A DNA stretch of 32,000 nucleotides from Candidatus Minimicrobia sp. QA0096 (GCF_963967315.1 NZ_OZ017288.1:540001-572000), one strand, 5' to 3'. Positions 15,007-25,006 are shown, counted from the first letter of the stretch. The notes: a model not told the origin generated them from the sequence alone. Translations and numbers: made by a program.

Positions 15007-16176
15007 ATGAATGAGCGAGGCGAGCAGTCGGATAAACGTCAAGATAGATGCAATCAATACTTATCATCGCAATTATTAACTCCGAGAAGTGATATAGCAG
15101 AGAAAAGAGGCATTAAGCGAGAACTCTTATTAGAGTCAGAGAAGCTTTGTGGCATAAAAAATGTGTACAAAAAGTCAGATAAGACGTTTGATGATGTAGC
15201 GGAAGCGGCTAAATCTGTTGCAGAGCTTGTTCGTGAAACACTTTATTTTAGGTCAACGGGTAATTTTTCAAGTCCGCTTGAAGCAGTAAACATCGCCAAA
15301 GACGAAGCTGCTAATTGTTATGGACATACAATTGTTGCGTCAGAATGTTTAGAAAAGTTAGGAATTGAACATTTTATTAGTTACGCAAATCAACACACGT
15401 TCATCACACTATTTGATCGTAGTAGTAATAGGTCGTTTATAATAGATGTTTTGACAGAGGAGTTGCGCTGTGAAATGACTGACGCTATTGGCTTTGATGG
15501 AATAGATCCGGTTGAGCAGTTGTATTGTGGTGAACTCAGGGCTAATAGTACTTTATATACAGATTTATTATTGCAGAAATTGCCCTCGTCTGTTAATAGA
15601 GGTGATTTTGTAGCTCGACGAGAATGGTTGATGTTCTCGGATGGTATAAAATATCGAGATGGCTACGGAAGAAATGCACGACTACAGATGCTTACTCTGC
15701 CGTCTATTCCAGGTAGATTATTATTGCTAGATGAATATAATGCTCGAATTGATCAGTTGAATGGGCGATATAAAGAGGCTGCGGATAAAATAGTAGACTT
15801 GTCTGGTATATATTTGGATGTTGATTCTCGGAATGATTTGAAAGAAGCGGATAAATTATGTAGAGAATTAATAAAACAAGGCAGTGGTGATTTGGCTGTT
15901 CAAGTAGCGTCCGTGGTAAATGATAGTTTGTTGTCGGGAGATTCTTCAAAGAACAGGCTGTTTCTTCCTGATGTTGTGCGTAAAGTAGCTAAACATGATA
16001 GGGATATTAACTTATTAAATGAGGCAATTAGGTTGTATAAGGAAATTATCAATAGTAAACCTAAGTATGATAGCTTGGCTGTGGGGAAGTTAAGGGTTGC
16101 CGAAAAGTTGCTGAGGTCTATGAAGGCTGCTGGTTCGATTGTGTGCGATGCTACCTGTGATAAAATTAGTGAATAA
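15007..16176 (+). CDS. hypothetical protein with a transglutaminase-like Cys-His-Asp core
   Basis: AANC104YGHTIVASECLEKLGIEHFISYANQH130TFITLFDRSSNRSFIID147V matches the order and spacing of the TGc/papain-like catalytic triad. A helical C-terminal half follows. Low GC: 20-21 of 60 nt in the lines starting at 15361 and 15721. AGA/AGG Arg codons are frequent. Confidence 0.62.
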   Translation: MNERGEQSDKRQDRCNQYLSSQLLTPRSDIAEKRGIKRELLLESEKLCGIKNVYKKSDKTFDDVAEAAKSVAELVRETLYFRSTGNFSSPLEAVNIAKDEAANCYGHTIVASECLEKLGIEHFISYANQHTFITLFDRSSNRSFIIDVLTEELRCEMTDAIGFDGIDPVEQLYCGELRANSTLYTDLLLQKLPSSVNRGDFVARREWLMFSDGIKYRDGYGRNARLQMLTLPSIPGRLLLLDEYNARIDQLNGRYKEAADKIVDLSGIYLDVDSRNDLKEADKLCRELIKQGSGDLAVQVASVVNDSLLSGDSSKNRLFLPDVVRKVAKHDRDINLLNEAIRLYKEIINSKPKYDSLAVGKLRVAEKLLRSMKAAGSIVCDATCDKISE

Positions 16177-16203
16177 ATATCTAATAAAAGGAGTTTTATA
16201 GTT

Positions 16204-16653
16204 ATGAAATCTTCAGAATCAACTAAAGGTTCAAAAGTATCAGCTAAGAAATTAGCTTCGAAGAGCGTAAAAGCCGCGGCGAAAGTTGCCGCTCTTAAAG
16301 AGAAGAAAATTGTAAGTGCAGCTATAAAAGATACTCACATGGCTGGATTTGTTAATTTTATTCGCGAACAGGGCGTCGTCGGTATGGCGGTTGGTTTGGC
16401 AATCGGTACCGCAGCTGGTGATACTGTGAAAAAATTGGTAACAGCATTTATTGATCCGCTAGTGCAGCTGGTTGTTGGTTCTCAGCAAGGGTTACAATCA
16501 GCTTCATTCACAGTTGAAGTTGCTGGACGTAAAGGTGAGTTTTTATACGGCGCATTTGTTAGCTCGTTAATCACGTTGATAGCCGTTGCGTTTGTTGTAT
16601 ATGCAATCATTCACTTCTTGAAACTCGATAAATTAGATAAGAAAAAGGATTAA
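16204..16653 (+). CDS. mscL: large-conductance mechanosensitive channel MscL with a Lys/Ala-rich N-terminal extension
   Basis: FVNFIREQGVVGMAVGLAIGTAAGDTVKKLVTAFIDPLV is the MscL TM1 signature, and a second TM segment follows. AAGGAG precedes the ATG at 16204. An internal ATG at 16339 would give a canonical-length protein. Confidence 0.82.
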   Translation: MKSSESTKGSKVSAKKLASKSVKAAAKVAALKEKKIVSAAIKDTHMAGFVNFIREQGVVGMAVGLAIGTAAGDTVKKLVTAFIDPLVQLVVGSQQGLQSASFTVEVAGRKGEFLYGAFVSSLITLIAVAFVVYAIIHFLKLDKLDKKKD

Positions 16654-16657
16654 AACC

Positions 16658-17362
16658 TTAACTAATAAGCGTGCCTACTGATTCTCCGCGGGTTGCGCGG
16701 AGAATATTTCCGTCTGTAAGCAAATCACAAATTACAACTGGAATATGTTCGTCCATTGCTAGTCCAATTGCCGCCTTATCCATAACGGCAATGTTAGGAT
16801 TTGTCAGGGCTTCTTGGTAAGATAAATGATCAATTTTTACGGCGTCAGGGAATTTCATAGGATCTTTATCATAAACTCCGTCAACCTTTGTCGTTTTAAT
16901 TACGGCGTCACATTGCATTTCTAGTGCTAAGTTTAAGGCTGCAGTATCGGTGGTCAAGAACGGCCGACCAGTGCCGCACGCCACAATAACGATGCGATTT
17001 TTCTTAATATGGCTAATGGCGCGTCGGAAAGTATAGTGGTCAATAAATTGATTGACTTCAACCGTAGATAATGCGCGAGTTGGCAGTCCTGCGTCATTTA
17101 ATACGTCAGCTAGAGCAATTGCATTCATTAGCGTAGAAAGCATCCCGATATTATGTGCGGAAACAGGTTGAATTCCGTGACCGATAATTTGATTGCCACG
17201 AACATAATTGCCGCCGCCAACCATAATTACAATTTCAGCCCCGTCGTCCAGCGCTGGTCGAATTTGTTCGGCAATCCAGCGAGCGCGTTTTGGGTCAAAG
17301 CCGCTGGCGAATTCGCCTTGAAGTTGTTCACCTGATAATTTGAGTAGGATGCGTTTTGTCAT
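16658..17362 (-). CDS. pyrH: UMP kinase
   Basis: KRILLKLSGE...MVGGGN...ACGTGRPFLTTDTAAL...VDGVYDKDP are typical PyrH motifs. Confidence 0.96.
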   Translation of the reverse strand: MTKRILLKLSGEQLQGEFASGFDPKRARWIAEQIRPALDDGAEIVIMVGGGNYVRGNQIIGHGIQPVSAHNIGMLSTLMNAIALADVLNDAGLPTRALSTVEVNQFIDHYTFRRAISHIKKNRIVIVACGTGRPFLTTDTAALNLALEMQCDAVIKTTKVDGVYDKDPMKFPDAVKIDHLSYQEALTNPNIAVMDKAAIGLAMDEHIPVVICDLLTDGNILRATRGESVGTLIS

Positions 17363-17506
17363 GACACCAGTGTATCATAGCGCGCTTGAAAAATAACATA
17401 AATGCAAAAGGGAGGCGGCAGTGTAATACAAATTGCGATTTTGCTATACAAATATTCGTTTTTTAAGTTAGACAAACTAGACAAGAAAAAGCTAAGACGC
17501 TTACGT

Positions 17507-17535
17507 TTGCTATTTTACTTTCTCCTATCTACAAT
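17507..17535 (+). promoter_or_regulatory. putative promoter of the helicase gene
   Basis: TTGCTA (17507-17512), a 17-nt spacer, then TACAAT (17530-17535). AAGGAGAG SD and the GTG at 17559 follow. Confidence 0.4.
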
Positions 17536-17558
17536 GTGAGTATAAAGGAGAGAGTAGT

Positions 17559-20105
17559 GTGAAAGATGGAGTTCGGCGGCCGGGCTATTTACGTAGATCG
17601 CAAGAACCTAGCAGTAGCCATTTATTGAGTCGAAATATTGAAAGATCCAGTCAACCGTCGTATAGTTATGGTGAACCGCCCGAACAGAGGCGACAGCGTT
17701 TAAAAGAATTGCGGGAACGGTACAGTAAACTACCGGAAACTCCTTTTGCTGACTATGATCTTGGTGACAAAAAACTACCTGCATATAAGCACAAAGCAGA
17801 GATATTAGACACATTATCGGAAAGTAAAATATCCTGGTTGTGCGGACCGACGGGTAGTGGTAAAACGACACAAACTGCTCAGTATGCACTGGAGCGGTTT
17901 GATCGTGTCGTGGTGTTGATGCCGCGGCGGGTTATTGTCGATAATGTTACTGAATATGTCGAGAAGAGTTTGCGTGAACAGCTTGGCGAACAATATCCTA
18001 ATCACTTGGTGGGCAAGATTCACGGACGTGCCACTGAAGCGACGCCGGACACTAGGCTCTGTTTCATGACTCCAGCAACGTTTACGAAAAAGCTGGAACA
18101 ATTTTCTAGCGACTGGCAGGACGAGAAGACGCTTATCCTGGTTGATGAAATACATGAAGCCAATTTGGAGATGGAATTTGCTACCGCTCTGGCGGCAAAA
18201 TCGATAGAGAATACCGGCAAATGGCATATGGCTTTTTCTAGTGCCACGCCTGATACAGAAGTTTCTCAGGCGATGTACGAAGATATTAATGGGTCAGAAC
18301 TACCAGTCGTAACCATTAAGGGTCGGCCGCATGATATTGATATTGAAGAAGATAAGGTGAATACCGTATCCGAAGCTTACCTTGAATATGGTAAGGACTC
18401 GAAAAAATCACTAATCTTTGTTGAAGGCGTGAGGAGTATTGATGAGACCATTGCGTCAATCAAACGTCATACTCGCCATCAATCCGGGAAAATACGATTT
18501 TTCAAACTACATTCTGGCATATCAGAAGCCGTGCGCCGAGAGATTTTTACTGCCAAACCAGCAGAAGATGAGTCGTTTGTCATCGTTTCGACCTCGGCTG
18601 GACAGTCTGGTATTACCATCTCCGAGGTTGATTTGGTGCTGTCAAATGGACTGACGAAGAGTAAAGAAATTGGTGAAGAGGGCACGGAGGGGTTGCCACC
18701 TCGATTGTGTACTCAAGCAGAGCTGATGCAGCAGGCGGGGCGGGGCGGTCGTGATATTGATGGCGCTAAGTTTGTATTGGCTCGTCCGATATCTTACGAT
18801 AAGATTTATTTGCCAGATGAGCTGAAAGGATTTTATGATATTGCGTCCCGCGAACAGCATATTCCACCGGAGATATATCACACGAATATTGTGCGCAACG
18901 TTTTGTCGGCTATCCATCTGAATGGTAATTTTGAGGATCTGAACCGATACCTGATGCATCCTGTTGCTAGTAAAAAAGTTATTCAAGAGTCGTACGATTT
19001 GCTGGAAACCCTGGAAGCAATTGATGGAGAAGGGCAGATCACAAAAATTGGTGAGTTTATGGATAGTTTATCATTGTCGCCAGAACTTTCTCGGTCATTA
19101 GCAGAAATGATTAAGAATGGGGGAAGCTTACGTGAAGTGTTGGCATTATCGGCCATGGCAGCCTCCGTCTCGGGTGGTGGCTTTGCCGCCTGGCATCAAC
19201 CAAAGGAATTGTTCCAGGAATTTGTCAGCCCCGATACAACAGATGACTTTTTTGCCGAATACGATGCTTTTTTGAAAACCAGAGAGATTTATGACGGCTG
19301 TCGTACTGACAATGACGTCTACCTGACTAATGGTATTGATCCCAATAAGGCGGATAATATTCACTATCAATTTAATAAAATATGTCGGCGCCTGTCGGTT
19401 AATCCAAACGATATCAACATGGGTGAACTAAACAGCGAGGAAAAACACAATATATCGGTGGCTTTGGTGCGCGGGTTTCAGGAATTATTGTATACCAAAG
19501 CTGGTAGTCGGCGCATTGGACGAACAACGGTTAATCAATACAAGAATGTTCATACTGGCGAACGTGGTATTTCTGAGTATGAAATTAGTTCGCACAGCTT
19601 AGTGCGACGTATGGGCTCGGAGGCGTTGAAGTTGGCCCTGGCTTTACCGTGGTGGTATGATACGCGTGATGGTCGTCGATACACACTCAACACAATTTTA
19701 CCAGTAACCAAGAATCAAGTTGCTCAAGCCTTGAGTAGCAGCGCTGTGTCTGAATCCCTTGGTGATAGAGTTGCTCCTAATGGTGACTTGGTTCGTGTGA
19801 CGCGGCCGAAAGTCGGCTCACTGATACTCGGTCCAGAGCGGCAGCAAAAAATCCCCGCCATAACAGATGAGCAAATCGCGCTGATAGTGGACGCAATGAA
19901 AAACAAGGCTAATAAACAAGTAAGAGTATTGTTTGATTTACAACATCAGCGAGTTATCACCAAGGGTCAATTGCATCAGGTCCTAGACGGGTCTGCGGTA
20001 AATAGTCACAATGTCCATGAGGCGGAGGCTAAGGTTTGGGCTGAAGTGCAGAATGTGTTAACGAGCGAGCAGCAAGAAGCTTTTTATGGTCAGATAAACA
20101 GATAA
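17559..20105 (+). CDS. DEAH/RHA-family ATP-dependent helicase (HrpA/HrpB-like)
   Basis: Motif I is GPTGSGKTTQ, motif II VDEIHE, motif III SSAT, motif V STSAGQSGITI and motif VI QQAGRGGR. HA2-like elements PPEIYHTNI and LETLEAIDGEGQITKIG follow, then a C-terminal region I could not assign. Confidence 0.88.
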   Translation: MKDGVRRPGYLRRSQEPSSSHLLSRNIERSSQPSYSYGEPPEQRRQRLKELRERYSKLPETPFADYDLGDKKLPAYKHKAEILDTLSESKISWLCGPTGSGKTTQTAQYALERFDRVVVLMPRRVIVDNVTEYVEKSLREQLGEQYPNHLVGKIHGRATEATPDTRLCFMTPATFTKKLEQFSSDWQDEKTLILVDEIHEANLEMEFATALAAKSIENTGKWHMAFSSATPDTEVSQAMYEDINGSELPVVTIKGRPHDIDIEEDKVNTVSEAYLEYGKDSKKSLIFVEGVRSIDETIASIKRHTRHQSGKIRFFKLHSGISEAVRREIFTAKPAEDESFVIVSTSAGQSGITISEVDLVLSNGLTKSKEIGEEGTEGLPPRLCTQAELMQQAGRGGRDIDGAKFVLARPISYDKIYLPDELKGFYDIASREQHIPPEIYHTNIVRNVLSAIHLNGNFEDLNRYLMHPVASKKVIQESYDLLETLEAIDGEGQITKIGEFMDSLSLSPELSRSLAEMIKNGGSLREVLALSAMAASVSGGGFAAWHQPKELFQEFVSPDTTDDFFAEYDAFLKTREIYDGCRTDNDVYLTNGIDPNKADNIHYQFNKICRRLSVNPNDINMGELNSEEKHNISVALVRGFQELLYTKAGSRRIGRTTVNQYKNVHTGERGISEYEISSHSLVRRMGSEALKLALALPWWYDTRDGRRYTLNTILPVTKNQVAQALSSSAVSESLGDRVAPNGDLVRVTRPKVGSLILGPERQQKIPAITDEQIALIVDAMKNKANKQVRVLFDLQHQRVITKGQLHQVLDGSAVNSHNVHEAEAKVWAEVQNVLTSEQQEAFYGQINR

Positions 20106-20124
20106 CGAGTGTATAATAGATAGT

Positions 20125-20667
20125 ATGAGTAAGGCGAAAAAGATTTTATGGGTGGATTTGGAGATGACTGGATTAGATCCAGTGCGTGATGAGATTTTGG
20201 AAGTGGCGGCAATTGTGACTGATTGGAATTTTAAGGAAATTGCGACGTATGAAGGAATTGTGCGCCATGATTCGGAAAAGCTGGCTAAGTTGTTAGATCG
20301 AAATGCTGGTTTTTGGAATGAGCATCCGGAAGCGCGACGCGGGCTGGAGGAGCAGAATGAATCGGGCAAGCCTTTGGCGGAAATAGAACGCGAATTGTTG
20401 GCGTTTTGTGATGAGCATTTTACGGGTGAAACGAAGATTTTGTTAGCAGGTAATTCAATTCATCAAGATAGGCGATTTATTGACCAATGGTGGCCGACGT
20501 TGTCAAAAAAACTACATTATCGTGTGCTTGATGTGAGTGCGTGGAAGGTGGTATTTGAAGGCAAATACGGTAAGAAATTCGCCAAGCCAGAAGATCATCG
20601 AGCGTTGGAAGACATCCGCGGCAGCATTATGGAACTTGAATATTATTTGAAAAAGGTAAAGGTATGA
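20125..20667 (+). CDS. orn: oligoribonuclease
   Basis: ILWVDLEMTGLDPVRDEILEVAAIVTD, GNSIHQDRRF and HRALEDI form the DEDDh exonuclease pattern of Orn. TGTATAAT ends 7 nt before the ATG. Confidence 0.93.
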   Translation: MSKAKKILWVDLEMTGLDPVRDEILEVAAIVTDWNFKEIATYEGIVRHDSEKLAKLLDRNAGFWNEHPEARRGLEEQNESGKPLAEIERELLAFCDEHFTGETKILLAGNSIHQDRRFIDQWWPTLSKKLHYRVLDVSAWKVVFEGKYGKKFAKPEDHRALEDIRGSIMELEYYLKKVKV

Positions 20668-21002
20668 CACATAAACAATTTGAAGAATTTATCCTAAGCT
20701 TGCCGGGCGTATGGCTGGATTATCCGTTTGGCGAGGATGTTGCGGTGTATAAATTTGGTCGAGATAATGACGGTACAGGGAAAATGGTAGCATTGGTGAC
20801 GGAAGGTTCAAAGCCTCTCAGAGTAAGCCTAAAATGCGATCCGTTGTTGGCGCAGAATTTACGAGAAAAATACGAAACGGTTTTACCAGGCTATCACTTA
20901 AACAAGAAGCATTGGAATACAATTATTTGTTCAGGTCAATTGACTGACGAAGAGGTCTTTGATTTGGTGAGGTTGAGCTATCGATTAGTCTCGGAAGCTT
21001 AA
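20664..21002 (+). CDS. MmcQ/YjbR family protein
   Basis: PGYHLNKKHWNTI and the overall length match E. coli YjbR (…HLNKAHWSTV…). The ATG overlaps the orn stop (ATGA). Confidence 0.82.
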   Translation: MTHKQFEEFILSLPGVWLDYPFGEDVAVYKFGRDNDGTGKMVALVTEGSKPLRVSLKCDPLLAQNLREKYETVLPGYHLNKKHWNTIICSGQLTDEEVFDLVRLSYRLVSEA

Positions 21003-21610
21003 TCTGCTTTAATGATTTGATTGATCTGCTTCTGAATATTCTCTAAATCGCCAGCAGTTTTTACTAGCCATTCGCGCATCTTTTTTGACTTGGTGGACTT
21101 GTACACCTTTTTCATCATGTTGATTGTGTCTGTTATTTGCACATTCATCTCATGGGCATAGGTAATATCCAATTGCGTGTTCAGAAGGGCTTCGTCCAAT
21201 TTTTTCTCTAATTTTTCTGACGGATCTAGAGCGAGGATGTCCTTCTGTTTCTCCTTGTAATTGATACCGGTTGCTTGGAGCGCTTCGCCCATTGAGGCAT
21301 CCGCAGTAGTCAGCACTGCAACCAGAGAACTGTTGGTGGTCTGCAGACTGGTCGACCGGAACTTATTATTGTATTTTTTGGAAATAGTGAATAACTTATT
21401 AACGCGCGCTGCAACTTGTGACGGGTTGGCGTTCGGCATGGAATCTTGTGAAAAAACGAATATCGCGATTAGGGTTATCAAGCCGATAAAGCTCAAAATA
21501 GCGATGATGATTTTGGTTTTTTTATCAAAACCTTCCGCTGGCGGAGGTGTGGCAATTTGATTCAGATAATCGATACCTTGAGGTTGGTTGTTCAAATTGT
21601 CAGGATACAT
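20999..21610 (-). CDS. hypothetical single-pass membrane protein
   Basis: ATG at 21610 (MYPDNL…) lies 6 nt downstream of TGGTTAAAT on the minus strand. One TM segment (IIIAILSFIGLITLIAIFVF). The tracked TTG start at 21628 is less likely. Confidence 0.6.
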   Translation of the reverse strand: MYPDNLNNQPQGIDYLNQIATPPPAEGFDKKTKIIIAILSFIGLITLIAIFVFSQDSMPNANPSQVAARVNKLFTISKKYNNKFRSTSLQTTNSSLVAVLTTADASMGEALQATGINYKEKQKDILALDPSEKLEKKLDEALLNTQLDITYAHEMNVQITDTINMMKKVYKSTKSKKMREWLVKTAGDLENIQKQINQIIKAD

Positions 21611-21663
21611 ATTTCTATTTAACCACAAACAATAACAGAGGTAAAGAGTGATATAATAAAAAT

Positions 21664-23397
21664 ATGAATGATGCCAAAGAAGAAGTGCGGGCGCGACTGA
21701 ACATCGAGGATGTGATTGGTGAGTATGTTCAGTTGAAGCGAGCGGGGCGCAATTTGAAGGGTTTAAGTCCGTTTACCGACGAGCGAACTCCAAGCTTTAT
21801 GGTCAGTCCAGAAAAGCAGATTTGGCACGATTTTTCTTCTGGAAAAGGTGGCGATATTTTTACGTTTGTGATGATGGTGGAAGGAATGGATTTTCGTCAA
21901 TCGCTGGAGCATTTGGCTCGGAAGGCGGGCGTTGATCTGACTTTGTTTTCTAATGGTGACGGACGAACAGCCAAGCGTCGTGCCAGAGCTAGAGAAGCAC
22001 TGAAATTAGCAGCTAATTTTTATCAGCAGAATTTGGTAAAAAATTCGACAGCGTTAAATTATGTGGTTAAAAAACGGCGATTAAATCGTCAAACAATTGG
22101 TGATTTTTTGATTGGCTATGCGCCGGAGAATGGTGACACGTTGACGAAAGCGTTGGAAAAAAGAGGATTTTCTAGGCAGGAATTGGCGGACGCTGGCTTG
22201 TCGAATAGGTTTGGTGGCGATTTGTTTCGTGGGCGAATGATGGTGGCGTTGAGTGACGGCAATGGCGAAGTTGTGGGATTTACGGGCAGAATTATTCGTG
22301 ACGATCCGCGCGCGCCAAAATACTTGAACACGCCGCAAACGCTGCTATTCGATAAGTCGCGACATATTTTTGGTTTACATCAAGCCAAAGAAGCGATTCG
22401 AAAAAGCGATGTGGCGGTTATTGTTGAGGGCAATTTGGACGTAATTAGCAGTCATCAAGCGGGAGTCAAAAACGTTGTCGCTACTTCTGGAACGGCGATG
22501 ACGACGCAACATTTGAAGTCGCTTAGTCGATTGGCAGGGCGGATTCGCTTGGCGTTTGATGGCGATCGAGCGGGAGTTAACGCGACGGAGCGGGCAATCA
22601 ACTTGGCGCAGGAAGTCGGTGTGGAATTGGAAGTGGTGAGTTTGCCTGATGGCGTCAAAGATCCAGACGAATTGATCCAAAAAGATCCAGCGCTTTGGCA
22701 GGCGGCGATTGATAAATCTCAGCCAGCGGTGGATTGGGTGATTGCCAGATACGCGGAAATGGAGAATTTGAAGTCGGCGGAAGGCAAGCGGAGATTTTCG
22801 ACCATTGCGCTGAGAATTGTCCGAGGCTTGAAAGATCCGGTGGAACAAGAGCATTATTTGTCGGTGATTTCTGAAAAAACTGGCGCGTCAATTACCGCGC
22901 TGAAGGCAAAATTGTCGAATGAAAAAGTCGCTGAACATCAATTGAAAAAGGCGAAAATTGAGAAAGAAAAACCAACTCCAATTCAGGATGAAACTGAAGA
23001 TATGCTGGCGGGGCTGGCGGCGAGTGAAAAATCCGTGCGGCGTTGGTTGGCGGCGGTTTCTGGCGAAATGTTGGATGATGACAATGCGCGGCAGTTGATT
23101 GGCTATTTGCGGAAAAATCCAGACGCGGATTTGGACGAGGTTCCGCTGGACTTGCAAAAAATCGAACAGTATGTGAAAATAGTACAGTTGAAAAGTGAAA
23201 GTCGTTACGCCAATTGGGAGCAAAAAAGCTTAGACGAAGAGATGGCTCGGCTAGTCAGACAGATAACAATCAAACATCGCGAAAACAAAAAGAATCAACT
23301 ATTAACGCAGCTTAGAGAGGCCGAGGCGTCGGGCGATGAGGTTTTGTCTCAGAATTTGCGCCAGAGCCTAAATAATCTGATTAAGGAGAAAATGTGA
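21664..23397 (+). CDS. dnaG: DNA primase
   Basis: The zinc-ribbon-like N-terminus has substituted ligands. RNA polymerase core and TOPRIM motifs are present ([23 protein letters not shown]), with a helical C-terminal domain. TGATATAAT ends 6 nt before the ATG. Confidence 0.95.
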   Translation: MNDAKEEVRARLNIEDVIGEYVQLKRAGRNLKGLSPFTDERTPSFMVSPEKQIWHDFSSGKGGDIFTFVMMVEGMDFRQSLEHLARKAGVDLTLFSNGDGRTAKRRARAREALKLAANFYQQNLVKNSTALNYVVKKRRLNRQTIGDFLIGYAPENGDTLTKALEKRGFSRQELADAGLSNRFGGDLFRGRMMVALSDGNGEVVGFTGRIIRDDPRAPKYLNTPQTLLFDKSRHIFGLHQAKEAIRKSDVAVIVEGNLDVISSHQAGVKNVVATSGTAMTTQHLKSLSRLAGRIRLAFDGDRAGVNATERAINLAQEVGVELEVVSLPDGVKDPDELIQKDPALWQAAIDKSQPAVDWVIARYAEMENLKSAEGKRRFSTIALRIVRGLKDPVEQEHYLSVISEKTGASITALKAKLSNEKVAEHQLKKAKIEKEKPTPIQDETEDMLAGLAASEKSVRRWLAAVSGEMLDDDNARQLIGYLRKNPDADLDEVPLDLQKIEQYVKIVQLKSESRYANWEQKSLDEEMARLVRQITIKHRENKKNQLLTQLREAEASGDEVLSQNLRQSLNNLIKEKM

Positions 23398-24356
23398 GCG
23401 ACGATATCACGACGAAGCCAGTAAACTTAAATGAAGATGATGATTTTGATCCAACGCTTATAGACGAAGAAGAATCGGAAGATTTGGATTCGTTGACAAC
23501 TGGGCAATATTTGGACGACGTGTCGGATGACTCAGTCAGACTGTACTTGCGCGAAATCGGTAAAATTCCATTACTTAGTTCTGAAGAAGAAATGGACTTG
23601 GCGCGCCGAATTGTTGAAGGCGATAAAAAGGCTAAGGATAAGATGGCTGAGGCGAATATGCGTTTGGTGGTGTCAATTGCTAAGCGTTATTCTGGTCGTG
23701 GCTTGGACTTTTTGGATTTGATTCAAGAAGGAAATACGGGACTTTTGCGCGCAGTTGAGAAATTTGATCCAGATAAGGGATTTAAGTTTTCGACTTATGC
23801 GACTTGGTGGATTCGTCAAGCGATTACGCGTGCGATTGCTGATCAGGCGCGAACGATTCGTATTCCAGTTCACATGGTGGAAACGATCAATAAATTGCTG
23901 CGTACTCAGCGACGAATGACACAGGAATTGAATCGTGAGCCGACAATTGAAGAATTGTCTAAAGAGCTGGATATGGAACCAGAGAAAATTGAATACGTCA
24001 TTAAGATTAAACAGGATATTTCTTCTCTGGACGCTGGTGTTGGTCGTGATGGTGAAGATGACGATTCAGTCTTGCAAGATTTTATCGTTGATGAAGATAC
24101 GGTTTCACCAGAAGATTCCGCTTCAAATCAATTATTAAAAGAGCAAGTTCAGGAAATTCTATCAAGTTTGAGTGATCGCGAGCAGAAAATTGTTCGAATG
24201 CGTTTTGGCTTGGACAATGGGAAAAATCACACTTTGGAAGAAGTTGGTCAGGAATTTGCGGTTACGCGCGAGCGAATCCGCCAGATTGAAGCTAAGGCGC
24301 TAGCAAAACTTCGCAAACACAAAGACGCGAAAAAACTTTACGAATATCTGGACTAA
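23394..24356 (+). CDS. rpoD: RNA polymerase sigma factor RpoD (group 1)
   Basis: Region 2 is [18 protein letters not shown]...[16 protein letters not shown]. Region 4 is [24 protein letters not shown]. The GTG start after AAGGAG overlaps the dnaG stop. Confidence 0.96.
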   Translation: MSDDITTKPVNLNEDDDFDPTLIDEEESEDLDSLTTGQYLDDVSDDSVRLYLREIGKIPLLSSEEEMDLARRIVEGDKKAKDKMAEANMRLVVSIAKRYSGRGLDFLDLIQEGNTGLLRAVEKFDPDKGFKFSTYATWWIRQAITRAIADQARTIRIPVHMVETINKLLRTQRRMTQELNREPTIEELSKELDMEPEKIEYVIKIKQDISSLDAGVGRDGEDDDSVLQDFIVDEDTVSPEDSASNQLLKEQVQEILSSLSDREQKIVRMRFGLDNGKNHTLEEVGQEFAVTRERIRQIEAKALAKLRKHKDAKKLYEYLD

Positions 24357-24944
24357 TTAACACTGTTCGGGCGATTTACAAAAATGGGCGTCGTGAGTTG
24401 CGGCGTCTATTTTTTGGTGTAATTGCTCGAGGCTACCGTCGTTAATGATGAAATAATCAGCAATAGCAATTGGTCCACCTTTTTCCAAATTCTCGATTTC
24501 TGACCAGTCGCGCTGATCGACTTCGTGTGGTTGCATTGGGCGCTCTATGCGCTTAGCCATTCGTTGATAACGGAGGTATTTTGGTGTAACAATAGCAATA
24601 ACGACAACTTGTCCAGGAAATTCGTGCTTAAGGAATTTATATTCACTCCAAGTGTATAATCCGTCCAAAACGATTTTATTTTGCCCAGCGTTTATTAAGT
24701 CGTGGATATTTTTTATGACGCGTTTGATTACGAAATCTTTGCCCTCACGGCGACGAATTTCTTCGCGAAATTGTTGTTGATTGTCCCAAGTTTTTTCAAT
24801 TCCAGCCTCGTCCATGGCTTTATAAATAACGCCACCGAAGTAAATTTTTGGAAATCCTTTTTCTGTCAAATATTCGACAGCTGAGCTTTTGCCGCTGCCC
24901 GCCAATCCAACCAGGGCGATAATTTTTGCGTATGGTTGTGTCAT
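24357..24944 (-). CDS. P-loop nucleotide kinase (dephospho-CoA kinase-like / UPF0200-like)
   Basis: Walker A is VGLAGSGKSS. Architecture is lid-like and kinase-like (LDGLYTWSEY, RDWSEIENLEKGGPIAIADYFIINDGS). TGTTAAAAT ends 6 nt before the ATG. Its stop abuts the rpoD stop. Confidence 0.7.
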   Translation of the reverse strand: MTQPYAKIIALVGLAGSGKSSAVEYLTEKGFPKIYFGGVIYKAMDEAGIEKTWDNQQQFREEIRRREGKDFVIKRVIKNIHDLINAGQNKIVLDGLYTWSEYKFLKHEFPGQVVVIAIVTPKYLRYQRMAKRIERPMQPHEVDQRDWSEIENLEKGGPIAIADYFIINDGSLEQLHQKIDAATHDAHFCKSPEQC

Positions 24945-25006
24945 GTACTAATTTTAACAATTTGTTGACATTCTTCCAAATAGAGAGTATCTTTAAGTTA
25001 CATATT

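Noticed and set aside
17363-17506. Possible small RNA or small ORF in the long pyrH-helicase intergenic region (AAGGGAGG at about 17419-17427)
   Set aside because: The SD-like element is followed by a GTG that hits a stop immediately. I could find no stable hairpin or terminator. The region more likely holds only the divergent promoters.
22375-23223. Chain of minus-strand ORFs (159, 78 and 111 aa) inside dnaG
   Set aside because: They are antisense to a well-supported primase frame. Their Arg/Phe/Gln-rich composition is typical of shadow ORFs.
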